Source: Candidatus Latescibacterota bacterium
GTDB lineage: Bacteria > Latescibacterota > UBA2968
Length of the DNA: 64,000 bases
Direction of reading: 5' to 3'
NCBI GenBank assembly: GCA_965222605.1
Contig: OZ244960.1
Location: 4,224,001-4,288,000 of the forward strand
Position 1 is the stretch's first letter. The number at the start of each line of letters is the position of its first letter. This document shows, piece after piece, positions 47,797 through 57,403 of this stretch. The notes beneath the pieces were generated by a model. That model had not been told where the DNA came from, searched no databases, and saw only the letters and a program-made list of their open reading frames with translations. The position numbers and the translations under genes were made by a program.

Positions 47797-49473
47797 ATGT
47801 ACCGAATGATTTTGTACGCGATTGTAATTTGTTTTTTTATTTCTGAAATCGCGAATGCACAACAAGATATTACCAATCATTTGGGTTATGTGGAGGTTGA
47901 GGCACTGGATGTGTTCGAGTCCAAAGATGTCAATGTGGATGTGTCTATTGGACAATTGATGTTGAAGCAGGTCGCTGAAAGGGTCAGAAGTAAAAATAAA
48001 AAAGTTGGTGAAGTCTTATCAGATCTGAAGCTGGTGCGCGTGCATGTTCTGTCGGTTGATGCGATTGCAATGCGTATGGACAAAATTGCGCGATATTTAG
48101 ATGAGATGGGTTGGGAGATAACCGTTCAGTCATGGAAAAAACGCGAGCGCGTATCGGTGTATTTGCAGAAGGAAGCGGATGATATTATTGGTCTGTTTGC
48201 AATGGTCTATGATCGCAAGGCTGGCACTTTAACGCTGGTCAATGTGGTAGGCGTTGTTAAAATTGATAAAATAGGAACTGTTGGTCGAGAATTAGAGGTG
48301 GAGGCGTTTGATCGCATTGCCCGTTTATTGCCCGGATATAAACCGTCTGTCTCTAACGTACACCACCGCCTGGGTTCCCGGAAGGCGCGTATCGCTCCAT
48401 TTTCGAATATTTGGCGCATAGATCATGAGGATTTTTTGGTGCGTTACAATCGAGTGGCTGGCGTTTTTGTTGGCTGGCGCTTGCCATTGAAATATCGCAC
48501 CTCGCGCGGCGTGGTTCACTATGGCGAAGTGGGGTATGGATTTGGGAGTAATCAATGGGATTATCAGGCTGGTGCAGAGTTTTTTACTTTTTCTGGTGCA
48601 TCAAAGGGCAACATAGCTGCGCTGGGTTTTGAACTGCACGGGTTGACAAATACGCAGGATAATTGGCGAATTGATGAGATAGAAAATTCGATTTTTGCCT
48701 TTTTGTTGCGACGCGATTTTAGAGACTATTATCGTCGGGAGGGCGTCAGCACTTATATTTTTCGGGATTTTGACCGCATGGTAGAGGTTCGGGCACAAGT
48801 AGGTGTAGATGTTTTCGAATCGATGCCCAATAGTGTTTCCTGGAATCTGTTTGGCGATCGATGGGGCAGTCGAATGGATTTTCGACCCAATCCTGAGATT
48901 GAAGCCGGGCAAATGCGCGGTGTAATGGGCACACTACAGTTGGATAGCCGTGCAGGCCGACGGTCTCGGCAGGGCTGGCTTTTAATGGCACAGGCAGAGA
49001 AAGCAGGCAGTGTTTTGGGAGGCGATTTTGATTTTGAAAGGTTTATCCTGGATGTGCGCCGCTATCAGTATGCGGGGCGTGGAACCCAATTGAATTTGCG
49101 TATTCGCGCGGGCACTGGACGAGGACAGGTTCCCGTGCAATTTTTCTATCGTCTCGGAGGCCCTTCTTCGCTTAGAGGTTATGAACTGAATGCTTATGAG
49201 GGAGATCGCATGGTGTTGTTTAATGCGATTTATTGGGTTGATGGCGAAGCCCATTTTAGGGATGACTGGCCCCTGAATGATGTTGGCATTGGTGTATTTT
49301 TTGATGCAGGTAAGGCGTGGTTTGCAGAAAGAGAGCCTGTTGGAACACGGGTTGTAACGAGTGCGGGATTTGGTTTAAAGACCGATAATTTGCGCGTGTT
49401 TTTTGCCCGGTCACTGGATGCGAATGATCCTGTCGATTGGCGGGTGTGGGTGCGGTTGCGCCGGGCATTTTAG
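47797..49473 (+). CDS. DUF4252-like domain fused to an Omp85/BamA-TamA-type barrel
   Basis: Signal peptide and N-terminal DUF4252-like region (LK..RV, GW......ERV.VY, LVNVVG). RYNRV.G, LGG..SLRGY, FFDAG.AW motifs and terminal RAF. Confidence 0.65.
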   Translation: MYRMILYAIVICFFISEIANAQQDITNHLGYVEVEALDVFESKDVNVDVSIGQLMLKQVAERVRSKNKKVGEVLSDLKLVRVHVLSVDAIAMRMDKIARYLDEMGWEITVQSWKKRERVSVYLQKEADDIIGLFAMVYDRKAGTLTLVNVVGVVKIDKIGTVGRELEVEAFDRIARLLPGYKPSVSNVHHRLGSRKARIAPFSNIWRIDHEDFLVRYNRVAGVFVGWRLPLKYRTSRGVVHYGEVGYGFGSNQWDYQAGAEFFTFSGASKGNIAALGFELHGLTNTQDNWRIDEIENSIFAFLLRRDFRDYYRREGVSTYIFRDFDRMVEVRAQVGVDVFESMPNSVSWNLFGDRWGSRMDFRPNPEIEAGQMRGVMGTLQLDSRAGRRSRQGWLLMAQAEKAGSVLGGDFDFERFILDVRRYQYAGRGTQLNLRIRAGTGRGQVPVQFFYRLGGPSSLRGYELNAYEGDRMVLFNAIYWVDGEAHFRDDWPLNDVGIGVFFDAGKAWFAEREPVGTRVVTSAGFGLKTDNLRVFFARSLDANDPVDWRVWVRLRRAF

Positions 49474-49519
49474 ATCACGGCACAGATGAGGAGAGAGATC
49501 TAAAGGAAGGAGAATCGCA

Positions 49520-50374
49520 ATGATCTATCGCGTTTTGGTTTTTTTTGTCATTTTTTTTATAACGGGATGTCATATTGATATCGATATAAGTGATAGCAAT
49601 CCAACGCTGTCTTCAAGAGAGCGATATACTGAAAATTTGACACGGATAGTGGATGGCATTGGCGTTGATCGGGTTGTTGCAGAGACGAGCAATGGTAATA
49701 TTGGCGTGGCTGGGACGAGCGATGGAGTTGTGCGCGTTCAGATTCGAAAGGTTGTCAGAGCGCCGAGTTTGTCAGAGGCAGAGGACTATGCTCGAGATGT
49801 ACAGGTATTTGTCGAAAGAAAGGGAAGTATGATCCACATTCACAACGAGCATCCGCGTTTTCCCAGAGATGTTCAGGTGGAAGTGAGTTACGATATTTTA
49901 TGCCCGGCTCGGTTGGATATAAATCTCAGGACATCAAATGGCAATATCGAGATTCAAGATGTGGAAGCGGTTGCGCTGGTGAAGACAACAAATGGCAATG
50001 TGCAATTTCGGGGCAATCCCGGATATCTTGAAATCAAGACCTCAAATGGGAATATTCGGGCATCTGTGATTCAGTTGCGCGATGTGGCGCAATTTGAGAC
50101 CACAAATGGAATGGTCGCCGTGGTTGTGCATAGTGGCATTGCTCCTATTTCAGCTGTTACGACCAATGGCTCTATTGACGTGACGCTACCAGCTGATTTT
50201 TCGGGAAAATTGGAGGCGCGTACAGTAAATGGTCGAGCGCGATCTGCTTTTGACATTCCACGGTCCGCGGGTAGCCGTCAAAATAGGCTTTCTGGTACTC
50301 TGGGTTCAGGCGGCGATACACTTGTGCAACTGCGTGCGGTAAATGGAAATGTGAGCGTGTGGAAATTGCAGTAA
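49520..50374 (+). CDS. DUF4097 (beta-strand repeat, adhesin-like) lipoprotein
   Basis: Lipobox ITGC and repeated T(S/T/V)NG.(I/V) units. Confidence 0.85.
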   Translation: MIYRVLVFFVIFFITGCHIDIDISDSNPTLSSRERYTENLTRIVDGIGVDRVVAETSNGNIGVAGTSDGVVRVQIRKVVRAPSLSEAEDYARDVQVFVERKGSMIHIHNEHPRFPRDVQVEVSYDILCPARLDINLRTSNGNIEIQDVEAVALVKTTNGNVQFRGNPGYLEIKTSNGNIRASVIQLRDVAQFETTNGMVAVVVHSGIAPISAVTTNGSIDVTLPADFSGKLEARTVNGRARSAFDIPRSAGSRQNRLSGTLGSGGDTLVQLRAVNGNVSVWKLQ

Positions 50375-50620
50375 AGGCGGGGTGACGATATGTTATTAGC
50401 GCATACCGGCATTAACGCTAATAAGCATCATTCTTGTTTTCAAATGTGAAAATGAGAGGGCGCAGGGGATAATCTATCAATTGCGCGATGCAATTAGAGG
50501 GTTAAAAGCAGGTTGCTGGCACTCGTTTCTTGCGTTTTTATATGGTCTAATTTAGATTTTACGCATAAGTTTTAATAAATGTGCGGCTTATTAAGTTATG
50601 CTTAACAAGGATGCTTCTCT

Positions 50621-51781
50621 ATGAAACGCGGCGAGACCGGACGATACGAAACTACGACCATTGTTGGTGAGACAGTACGAGCTTTTGTACCCGCCCGCCT
50701 GCCGCCCAAGCCCGCGCTGGATTTGGCAGTCCTACAAAGCCCCCTGGAGAAGGCGTTGCTGGCACTGGGTCGTTTGGATAGCCTTGCCGTATTGCTGCCC
50801 GACACCCACCTTTTTCTTTATACCTATATCCGCAAGGAAGCCGTGCTGTCCTCTCAAATTGAGGGCACCCTGTCTTCGTTATCGGATTTTTTATTGTCCG
50901 AGTTAAAAGAGTTGCCAGGCACACCGCTTGACGATGTCATTGAGGTCTCGAATTATGTGGCGGCACTGGAGCACGGATTACACCGAATGCGCGAAGGGTT
51001 CCCGCTTTGCAATCGCCTCATCCGCGAAATCCATGCCGAGTTACTCTCACAGGGACGCGGCAGCGACAAAACACCGGGTGAGTTTCGGCACTCGCAAAAC
51101 TGGATAGGCGGCAGTCGTCCCGGAACCGCACGCTTCGTACCCCCCCCAGCACACGCCGTTCCCGATTGTATGTCGGATTTGGAGCGTTTTATCCATACAC
51201 GGGATTTAGGGGTGTCTGCGCTCCTGCGGGCGGGACTCGCTCATGTCCAATTCGAGACCATCCACCCTTTTCTCGACGGCAATGGACGGGTCGGCCGCCT
51301 GCTGATCACGTTCATGCTGTGTCACGACGGGGTACTGCGCGAGCCGTTGCTGTATTTGAGTCTCTATTTCAAACAATATCGAGAGAGCTATTACGCGCTC
51401 CTGAATGATGTGCGGCAAAACGGCGACTGGGAAGCGTGGCTATCGTTCTTTCTCGATGGCGTGACCCAAACCGCAGAGGGGGCTGTTCAGACCGCGCAGC
51501 GGTTGCTATCCCTGTTCCAGGAAGATCAGGCGAGATTACAACAGACGGGCCGTGCGGCGGGTTCGGCATTGCGCGTTCACCAGGTGTTGCAGGAGCGCCC
51601 AATAGCATCACTCCAAGAGCTTGCCAATCGTGCGGAACTTTCGTTTCCTGCGGTTACCGCTGGGATGCAGATACTCGAAAAACTCGGCGTGGCACGCGAA
51701 TTGACGAACAAAAAGCGGAATCGGCTTTTCGGCTATGATCAATACCTCGCCATTCTCGGTGAGGGCACCGAAGTGCCGTGA
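50621..51781 (+). CDS. Fic family protein with N-terminal inhibitory helix and C-terminal HTH
   Basis: HPFLDGNGRVGR active site, EAVLSSQIEG inhibitory motif, PGEFR..QNWIG. Confidence 0.93.
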   Translation: MKRGETGRYETTTIVGETVRAFVPARLPPKPALDLAVLQSPLEKALLALGRLDSLAVLLPDTHLFLYTYIRKEAVLSSQIEGTLSSLSDFLLSELKELPGTPLDDVIEVSNYVAALEHGLHRMREGFPLCNRLIREIHAELLSQGRGSDKTPGEFRHSQNWIGGSRPGTARFVPPPAHAVPDCMSDLERFIHTRDLGVSALLRAGLAHVQFETIHPFLDGNGRVGRLLITFMLCHDGVLREPLLYLSLYFKQYRESYYALLNDVRQNGDWEAWLSFFLDGVTQTAEGAVQTAQRLLSLFQEDQARLQQTGRAAGSALRVHQVLQERPIASLQELANRAELSFPAVTAGMQILEKLGVARELTNKKRNRLFGYDQYLAILGEGTEVP

Positions 51782-51874
51782 ACATGGTGATTTCCGCACG
51801 CGCTTTTGAAGACGCTATTGAGGTGGTTTGCTTTGACTGCTGGGACCGGGCGAGATGGAGAAGGTGCGGGGGTT

Positions 51875-52990
51875 TTAATGTGATGAATTGTTAATCAGAC
51901 GGCGGACGACTTCGGCGGGGTCGCCAGTGAGGGCAAGGAGGTCCATCTGCCGTTGCGCCCAGGTGGGTTGGTGAGCCATGTCGAGGACGTGTTTGAGAAA
52001 AGGTACGCAATTGAGCTGTTCGGCCATGGGAAGCAGGGCTTCGACGAGTTCCTCGGTCATTTGCGGGACGGATTTGAGGTCGTGAGAGGTGGAATCGACC
52101 AGTTTTGCTTCGATGCCGTAGCGCGAGGCGTGCCATTTGTTTTGACGGATGAGCATGGGGTGGCTGTCGTGTTGATAGATTCCCTGGTCGATTTGGTCGG
52201 ACAGGTTGCAAATTAAACACTGAATTAGTGCGGTTAACCCCAATGTGTCTTCGAGAGTGCCGGGAATGTCGCAAATGCGGACTTCAACGGTGCCAAATGC
52301 ATGGTGGGGACGCACGTCCCACCAGATTTCGCGGATGGATTCGATATAGCCGGTGTCGATGAGGTGGTTGATTAACCAGACATATTCACTCCAGTTGCGC
52401 ATTAAGGGGGGCAGCCCAGCGGTGGGGAGGCCCTCCATTACTTTTGACCGCCACGAGTGCAAGCCCGTGACCCGACCCTCCCAGAATGGACTGTTGCAAG
52501 AAAGAGCCAGTAAGACGGGTAAATAGCGCAGAATCCGGTCGCAGATCATGATGGCTTTGTCGCCGCTGTTGACGCCCACGTGTACGTGGAGGCCAAATGT
52601 GACCAGTTGTCGGGCGGTGTCCTGGAGAAGGTTGACGAGGCCCATATATCGGTCATTGGGTGTGATTTTTTGTTCGCGCCAGGTAGAAAATGGGTGTGTG
52701 CCCGACCAGTAGAGTTGGACATTTTCAGCAGTCGCTGCGCTGGATAACACCTGAAGTTTGGGCTTGAGGTCGGCTTCTACATCGCTGACACCTTCGCATA
52801 CGTCGGTGTTGATTTCAACATAACACTGCATCAATTCAGGCTTGATTTTGTCGGCATATTCGCCGGGAATGCGATTGAGAATCGCGGCATTTTTGCTGCA
52901 CAAAGCCATGGTGTTGGCATCGACTAAAGCCAGTTCTATTTCCACGCCGACGGTAGGTTGAACACTGGGATTAAATTCAAGTCGGGTCAT
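51875..52990 (-). CDS. Carboxylate-amine ligase, YbdK/GCS2 family
   Basis: TVGVE.E..LVD, EL....VE.NT, GTHPF, FGLHVHVG, NSPFW.G, WWDVRP...FGT.E.RI.D, NKW.A.RYG motifs. Confidence 0.9.
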   Translation of the reverse strand: MTRLEFNPSVQPTVGVEIELALVDANTMALCSKNAAILNRIPGEYADKIKPELMQCYVEINTDVCEGVSDVEADLKPKLQVLSSAATAENVQLYWSGTHPFSTWREQKITPNDRYMGLVNLLQDTARQLVTFGLHVHVGVNSGDKAIMICDRILRYLPVLLALSCNSPFWEGRVTGLHSWRSKVMEGLPTAGLPPLMRNWSEYVWLINHLIDTGYIESIREIWWDVRPHHAFGTVEVRICDIPGTLEDTLGLTALIQCLICNLSDQIDQGIYQHDSHPMLIRQNKWHASRYGIEAKLVDSTSHDLKSVPQMTEELVEALLPMAEQLNCVPFLKHVLDMAHQPTWAQRQMDLLALTGDPAEVVRRLINNSSH

Positions 52991-54200
52991 GGCAATCTCC
53001 GTTTTTTTTTTGCGCTGGATCGAAATAGTTGACGACGCTGCGCGCGAGTATTTTGGCACCTATGACCAGGGCGCGTTCATCAATGTCGAAGTCGGGTGCA
53101 TGCAAAGGCGGGGCACTTCCCCGGGCGGGCATGCACCCCAGGCGAAACAGACTGCCGGGCACATGGTCGAGATAATTGGCAAAGTCCTCGCCACCCATAC
53201 TCGGTTTGGCAATGGACTGAACGTGTGTTTGGCCCAATAAATCGGTGGCATTTTGGCGGATCAGTTTTGTGAGTGTGGGGTCGTTATTGACCGATGGGGG
53301 GCCAGTGAGAAAATGAACATCAATTTGCGTGTCGGTGAGATTGGCTATGCTATTGGCAATCTTGAGTATGTGATCCATGGCATGGGCCTGGGATCTGTCA
53401 CTGAGGGTGCGAAGCGTGCCGCGGAGCGCGGCCTGGTCGGGTATGACGTTGGGATTTTCGCCCGCAGAGATATGCCCAATTGATATGACAACCGGGTCGT
53501 ATGTATCCACATTGCGAGGCAATGATTGATAAAGCGCAATGATGACCTGGGCAGCAGCGGCGATGGGGTCTCGCGTTTCCCGGGGGCGTGCGGCATGTCC
53601 GCCCCGCCCCTGGATGCAAATTTTTATTTCGGCACAATTGGCTGTGAGCACGCCCTTGCGTATGCCCACAGTACCTGCTGGACGCGAGGGATCGAGGTGA
53701 AGACTGAGGAGGCCACAGACATTTTTGAGGGCACCAAAGGCGATCATATCCTTAGCGCCGCGGTTGGTTTCTTCAGCAGGTTGAAAGATGGCGCGCCAGT
53801 GTACAGGCCACGGCAATACCTGATCGCATTCCAAAAGGCCCAAAACAGCACCGAGTACTGTGGCTGTATGACCATCGTGTCCGCAGGCGTGCATCACATC
53901 TGGTACGCGGCTGCGATAGGGCACGTTTTTTTTTGTATCTTGTATGCGCAGCGCGTCGATGTCGGCTCGCAGGCCTATACGCGTGTTTTCCAATGTATTG
54001 TCGGCGATAACGCCACAACCTCTGGGACCTATCTGTACATGGCATCTGGTCTGTTGTAATAATTTGACGAGATAACGCGTGGTTTTCACTTCGCGACCGC
54101 TGGGTTCGGGATACATGTGCAGATCGCGGCGGACGCGTACAATTTTTTGCCGTTGAGCGTCAATGGCACGGTCGAGTTTTTGCATCCATGTGTTGGGCAT
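52977..54200 (-). CDS. M20D family amidohydrolase
   Basis: RRDLH..PE.S..E, LRADIDAL, MHACGHD.H, FQPAEE, G.GGHAARP, MGGEDF, LH...FD.DE motifs. Confidence 0.92.
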   Translation of the reverse strand: MPNTWMQKLDRAIDAQRQKIVRVRRDLHMYPEPSGREVKTTRYLVKLLQQTRCHVQIGPRGCGVIADNTLENTRIGLRADIDALRIQDTKKNVPYRSRVPDVMHACGHDGHTATVLGAVLGLLECDQVLPWPVHWRAIFQPAEETNRGAKDMIAFGALKNVCGLLSLHLDPSRPAGTVGIRKGVLTANCAEIKICIQGRGGHAARPRETRDPIAAAAQVIIALYQSLPRNVDTYDPVVISIGHISAGENPNVIPDQAALRGTLRTLSDRSQAHAMDHILKIANSIANLTDTQIDVHFLTGPPSVNNDPTLTKLIRQNATDLLGQTHVQSIAKPSMGGEDFANYLDHVPGSLFRLGCMPARGSAPPLHAPDFDIDERALVIGAKILARSVVNYFDPAQKKNGDCHDPT

Positions 54201-54393
54201 GTATTTAAAATAAGTATAATTTTTTTTTCTGCTATAAATTGTTTCAAGCGGTTCGCACGCTTGTGCGCGATTTGGCAGGTCCAATACTTGAATGCCTATT
54301 TTAGCTTGACTTCGCGTCGTGGATGGCTGAAATTAGACTGTCATTTTTGTAACGATAGATAAACCGAGATATTTCTTTTCTAAGGAGTGTGTT

Positions 54394-54630
54394 ATGTGGC
54401 GACGACAAGAAGTACATCGCGATTTTTTTTGGATTGGGGTTGTTGCTGGCTTTGCCATCGTTGGCCTCGCCACTGTGGGATTTTTGTTGGGAACGGAAAT
54501 GGGGCGAAATACGCGCACGCGATTGGGACAGGCCGTTCAACGTGTGCGTAGCCGCATCAATGGAGCAGCAAAATCCAATGGTTCAACAGAATCTCAGGAA
54601 TCATCCGCTGAAGCAGAATATATAGATTAG
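54394..54630 (+). CDS. YtxH-like small membrane protein
   Basis: AAGGAG RBS; FF.IG..AG...G...G.LL....G..TR..L pattern. Confidence 0.6.
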   Translation: MWRRQEVHRDFFWIGVVAGFAIVGLATVGFLLGTEMGRNTRTRLGQAVQRVRSRINGAAKSNGSTESQESSAEAEYID

Positions 54631-54702
54631 AAAGAATCCCGGGTGTGTTTCTGGATTGAACTACCCGAGTGGTTAACCGAATCGCAGTTTTTAAGAGATG
54701 AG

Positions 54703-54746
54703 ACGCGAGAAGTAAAACGCGAGAGCGTTTTACTTCTTGCGTTTTT
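54703..54746 (+). terminator. Intrinsic terminator
   Basis: 18-bp stem ACGCGAGAAGTAAAACGC-GAGA-GCGTTTTACTTCTTGCGT followed by a T tract. Confidence 0.75.
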
Positions 54747-54753
54747 GTATGTG

Positions 54754-55257
54754 ATGAATTTGCTTTCCAAACCCGATGGATATCCCATTTATGCTGTTGT
54801 GGAAAATGTTCGTTCCCTGTTTAATGTGGGCGCGATTTTTCGCTCGGCAGATGGGATCAATGCATCGGGGGTTTATTTAACGGGGTTTACGGGATGTCCC
54901 CCGCGCAAGGAAATCAGTCGCGTGGCGTTGGGCGCAGAAGAGACCGTGCCCTGGCATTACGAACGGGATACAGAAGAGGTAATTGGCGGTTTGCGCTCAC
55001 AAGGTGTGCAGGTGGTTGCATTAGAGCAAACGCCAGATAGTGTCGATTTTCGAACCTTTTGCTATCGCTGGCCGGTGGCTGTGATTTTGGGCCATGAGGT
55101 GACGGGCGTGCGTCCTGAGACACTGTGTTTGTGCGACGGCGTTGTACATATTCCAATGTTGGGAACAAAAGTGTCTCTAAATGTGTCTGTAGCTACAGGG
55201 GTTATGCTTTATGAATTGTTGTCCGTTTTTGAGGGGCAACGAGATAGGGAGTGGTAA
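54754..55257 (+). CDS. TrmH/SpoU family RNA methyltransferase
   Basis: ENVRS..NVGAIFRSAD, LGHEVTG, IPM.G.K.SLNVSVA motifs. Confidence 0.9.
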   Translation: MNLLSKPDGYPIYAVVENVRSLFNVGAIFRSADGINASGVYLTGFTGCPPRKEISRVALGAEETVPWHYERDTEEVIGGLRSQGVQVVALEQTPDSVDFRTFCYRWPVAVILGHEVTGVRPETLCLCDGVVHIPMLGTKVSLNVSVATGVMLYELLSVFEGQRDREW

Positions 55258-55386
55258 ATTGCTCACACAAAGACACGGAACGGTGTACAACTGCGACGGT
55301 GAACGAGCCTCAGGCTCGTTGTACCCCACTCACCAGCAGTTCCACACACAAAGGGGGCGGGGACTGGTTGGGTTGAGCAGTTGGGG

Positions 55387-55409
55387 CTGACCGCTGACTA
55401 CTGACTGCT
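55387..55409 (+). repeat. Short heptamer tandem repeat (CTGACYR)x3
   Basis: CTGACCG CTGACTA CTGACTG. Single related copies follow the murG stop (about 2425) and overlap the thiL stop (about 43626). Confidence 0.5.
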
Positions 55410-55443
55410 TGTTTTGCTGACGACTGAGAAAGGACGTATCCCG

Positions 55444-56646
55444 ATGAATTTACGCTTTTGCGCTGTGCTGTGTATGCTTATGGTCCTGAATGGAGGGGAA
55501 CTGCGGGCTGAAACGAGCGTGTTTTGGGTGGCTAACGGCCCTATGGCATCAGATTTTGATGGCGATGGCAAGGTGACGTTTACCGATTTTTTGCACTTTG
55601 TCAATAATTTTAATGTGAATTCAGAGGATGAGAGCTATGATCCCCGCACGGATTTGAATGAGGATGGGGTCACAAATTTTAACGATTTTTTGGCATTTAG
55701 TTCTTTTTATGGTCAAACGGAGACCTCTGTTGAACTGAGTGGGGATCGATATATTATTTATGTGGCAGATTCAGATGACAGTTCGGTTATGGCACTGGAT
55801 TTTGACTCACATCTGATACTGGATTATATGCCCTATCGCGGTCCGGGTGGGGTAACGGTGTCTGCGGATCAGCAGTCGATTTATGTGACGGAGATATTTG
55901 GATTTTTTAAGATGGACACGCGCCATCAGGTGCAGTTTAGCGTGCCTGTTGAATCGCGGGGCAAAGCGGTGCTGAGTCTGGATCAGACGCGGGCTTATGT
56001 GACCGATCAGGTACAGGATCTGGTTCGGGTGGTGGATGTGGTGAATGGCGTTACCACAGATTCTATCCTGGTGGGCAATCGCCCATTTGATGTCGTGCTC
56101 TCTCCCGATGGTACAACGTTGTATGTGGCAAATCTAACCGATCAAAATGTGGTCGTTGTCGATCTGGCGACGATGACGGTTACGGCGAGGATAATTATCG
56201 GTGATTTTCCGGGGGAGATATCAATTACGCAGGATGGTGCGCGTGCTTATGTGACAAATTTGACGCGTGGTGTGATTTCTGTTTTAGATCTCAATACCAA
56301 TCAGGTGGTGGGCGCGATTCAGATTGATCAGGGGTCTTCATTTGGTGCAGAGTTTTCGCCCGATAGGAGTTTGTTGTACGTGGGCGCGGAGGGCGTGTTG
56401 TTGGAAATTGATGTGGAGCACAATTTGATTGTTCGCACATTGCGGTTGGGGGATGATTCGACGGTGCTCGGGGTTTCGCCCGATGGCTCTCGGGCTTATG
56501 TCACAACGCTTGTGCGACAGGCTGGGGGACCGGGACTTACGGTAGTGGATTTGAATGAGTGGAAGATTCTCGGGCGATTACGGGGGTTCTTTTACCCGAG
56601 GGAAATCGCGTTTCGGACTGTGCCGAGGAGCACGGAATCTCAGTGA
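55444..56646 (+). CDS. Secreted protein with dockerin/EF-hand-like pair and YVTN beta-propeller
   Basis: Signal peptide, DFDGDGKVTFTDFL.F and DLNEDG.TNF.DFL.F, multiple SPDG...YV(T/A)N repeats. Confidence 0.85.
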   Translation: MNLRFCAVLCMLMVLNGGELRAETSVFWVANGPMASDFDGDGKVTFTDFLHFVNNFNVNSEDESYDPRTDLNEDGVTNFNDFLAFSSFYGQTETSVELSGDRYIIYVADSDDSSVMALDFDSHLILDYMPYRGPGGVTVSADQQSIYVTEIFGFFKMDTRHQVQFSVPVESRGKAVLSLDQTRAYVTDQVQDLVRVVDVVNGVTTDSILVGNRPFDVVLSPDGTTLYVANLTDQNVVVVDLATMTVTARIIIGDFPGEISITQDGARAYVTNLTRGVISVLDLNTNQVVGAIQIDQGSSFGAEFSPDRSLLYVGAEGVLLEIDVEHNLIVRTLRLGDDSTVLGVSPDGSRAYVTTLVRQAGGPGLTVVDLNEWKILGRLRGFFYPREIAFRTVPRSTESQ

Positions 56647-56682
56647 GGCGAGCGTGTGATTTGATCTATGAAGAAAGCGACC

Positions 56683-57399
56683 TTAATGGTCGCTTTTTTT
56701 ATTTGGTAGAAATAGGTCGAGACATTCCGCCATGAGGATATTGATGTGTTCAAACTCGTGTTGATCTGTCAGTATTTCGTGTGCGGACTGAATATAGGGC
56801 GCATCGACGATTTCGTGCCCACAGTTATCGATCAATGCCTGGGCGGCGTTGCGCGTTGTTTCCAGGTGGAATTGCAATGCGAGGATCTGAGCGCCTACCG
56901 AGAATGCCTGATTCTTACAGACAGGGCTTTTGGCAAGGTGCGTTGCTTCAGGGGGGAGGTCAAATGTGTCGCCGTGCCAGTGAAAAACTTCGCCGGCATT
57001 GGAGAATACTTTTCCGATTGAACTGCTGAAGCTGTTGTACGCCGCTCGCACGCCCTCAATGGGGAACCAGCCGATTTCTTTGTGATCATTTGGATAGACC
57101 CTGGCACCGAGCACTTCGGCAATGAGTTGGGCACCCAGGCAAACGCCCAGTATTTGCGTACCGGAAGCTATCGCCTGTTTCAAAAATTTCTTTTCTTTCA
57201 CGAGCCAGGGGTACTCGCGCTCGTCATAGACGCCCATGGGTCCCCCCATGACCACCAACAGGTCAATTTCATCGGCTGATGGCAATGTCTCACCCGCAAA
57301 GAGGCGCGTGCGTGAGATTTGAGCGCGACGCGCTTTTGCCCAGGACGCAATGCTGCCCAGACCTTCAAAAGGCACATGCTGGAGATAGTGCAGTTTCAT
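56683..57399 (-). CDS. Type 1 glutamine amidotransferase
   Basis: LQHVPFEG.G, MGGPM, GVCLGAQL, EIGW, FHWHGDTF, QFHLE motifs. Confidence 0.9.
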   Translation of the reverse strand: MKLHYLQHVPFEGLGSIASWAKARRAQISRTRLFAGETLPSADEIDLLVVMGGPMGVYDEREYPWLVKEKKFLKQAIASGTQILGVCLGAQLIAEVLGARVYPNDHKEIGWFPIEGVRAAYNSFSSSIGKVFSNAGEVFHWHGDTFDLPPEATHLAKSPVCKNQAFSVGAQILALQFHLETTRNAAQALIDNCGHEIVDAPYIQSAHEILTDQHEFEHINILMAECLDLFLPNKKSDH

Positions 57400-57403
57400 G
57401 ATT

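Noticed and set aside
50517-50534. TGGCAC...TTGCG upstream of the Fic gene as a sigma54 promoter
   Set aside because: The spacing between the GG and GC elements is 2 nt too long.
50400-51860. Fic gene as part of a mobile element
   Set aside because: No integrase, transposase, terminal repeats or target duplication are visible; only the composition differs.
54631-54700. 6S RNA-like hairpin after the YtxH-like gene
   Set aside because: It is far too short before the terminator and shows no central-bubble rod structure.
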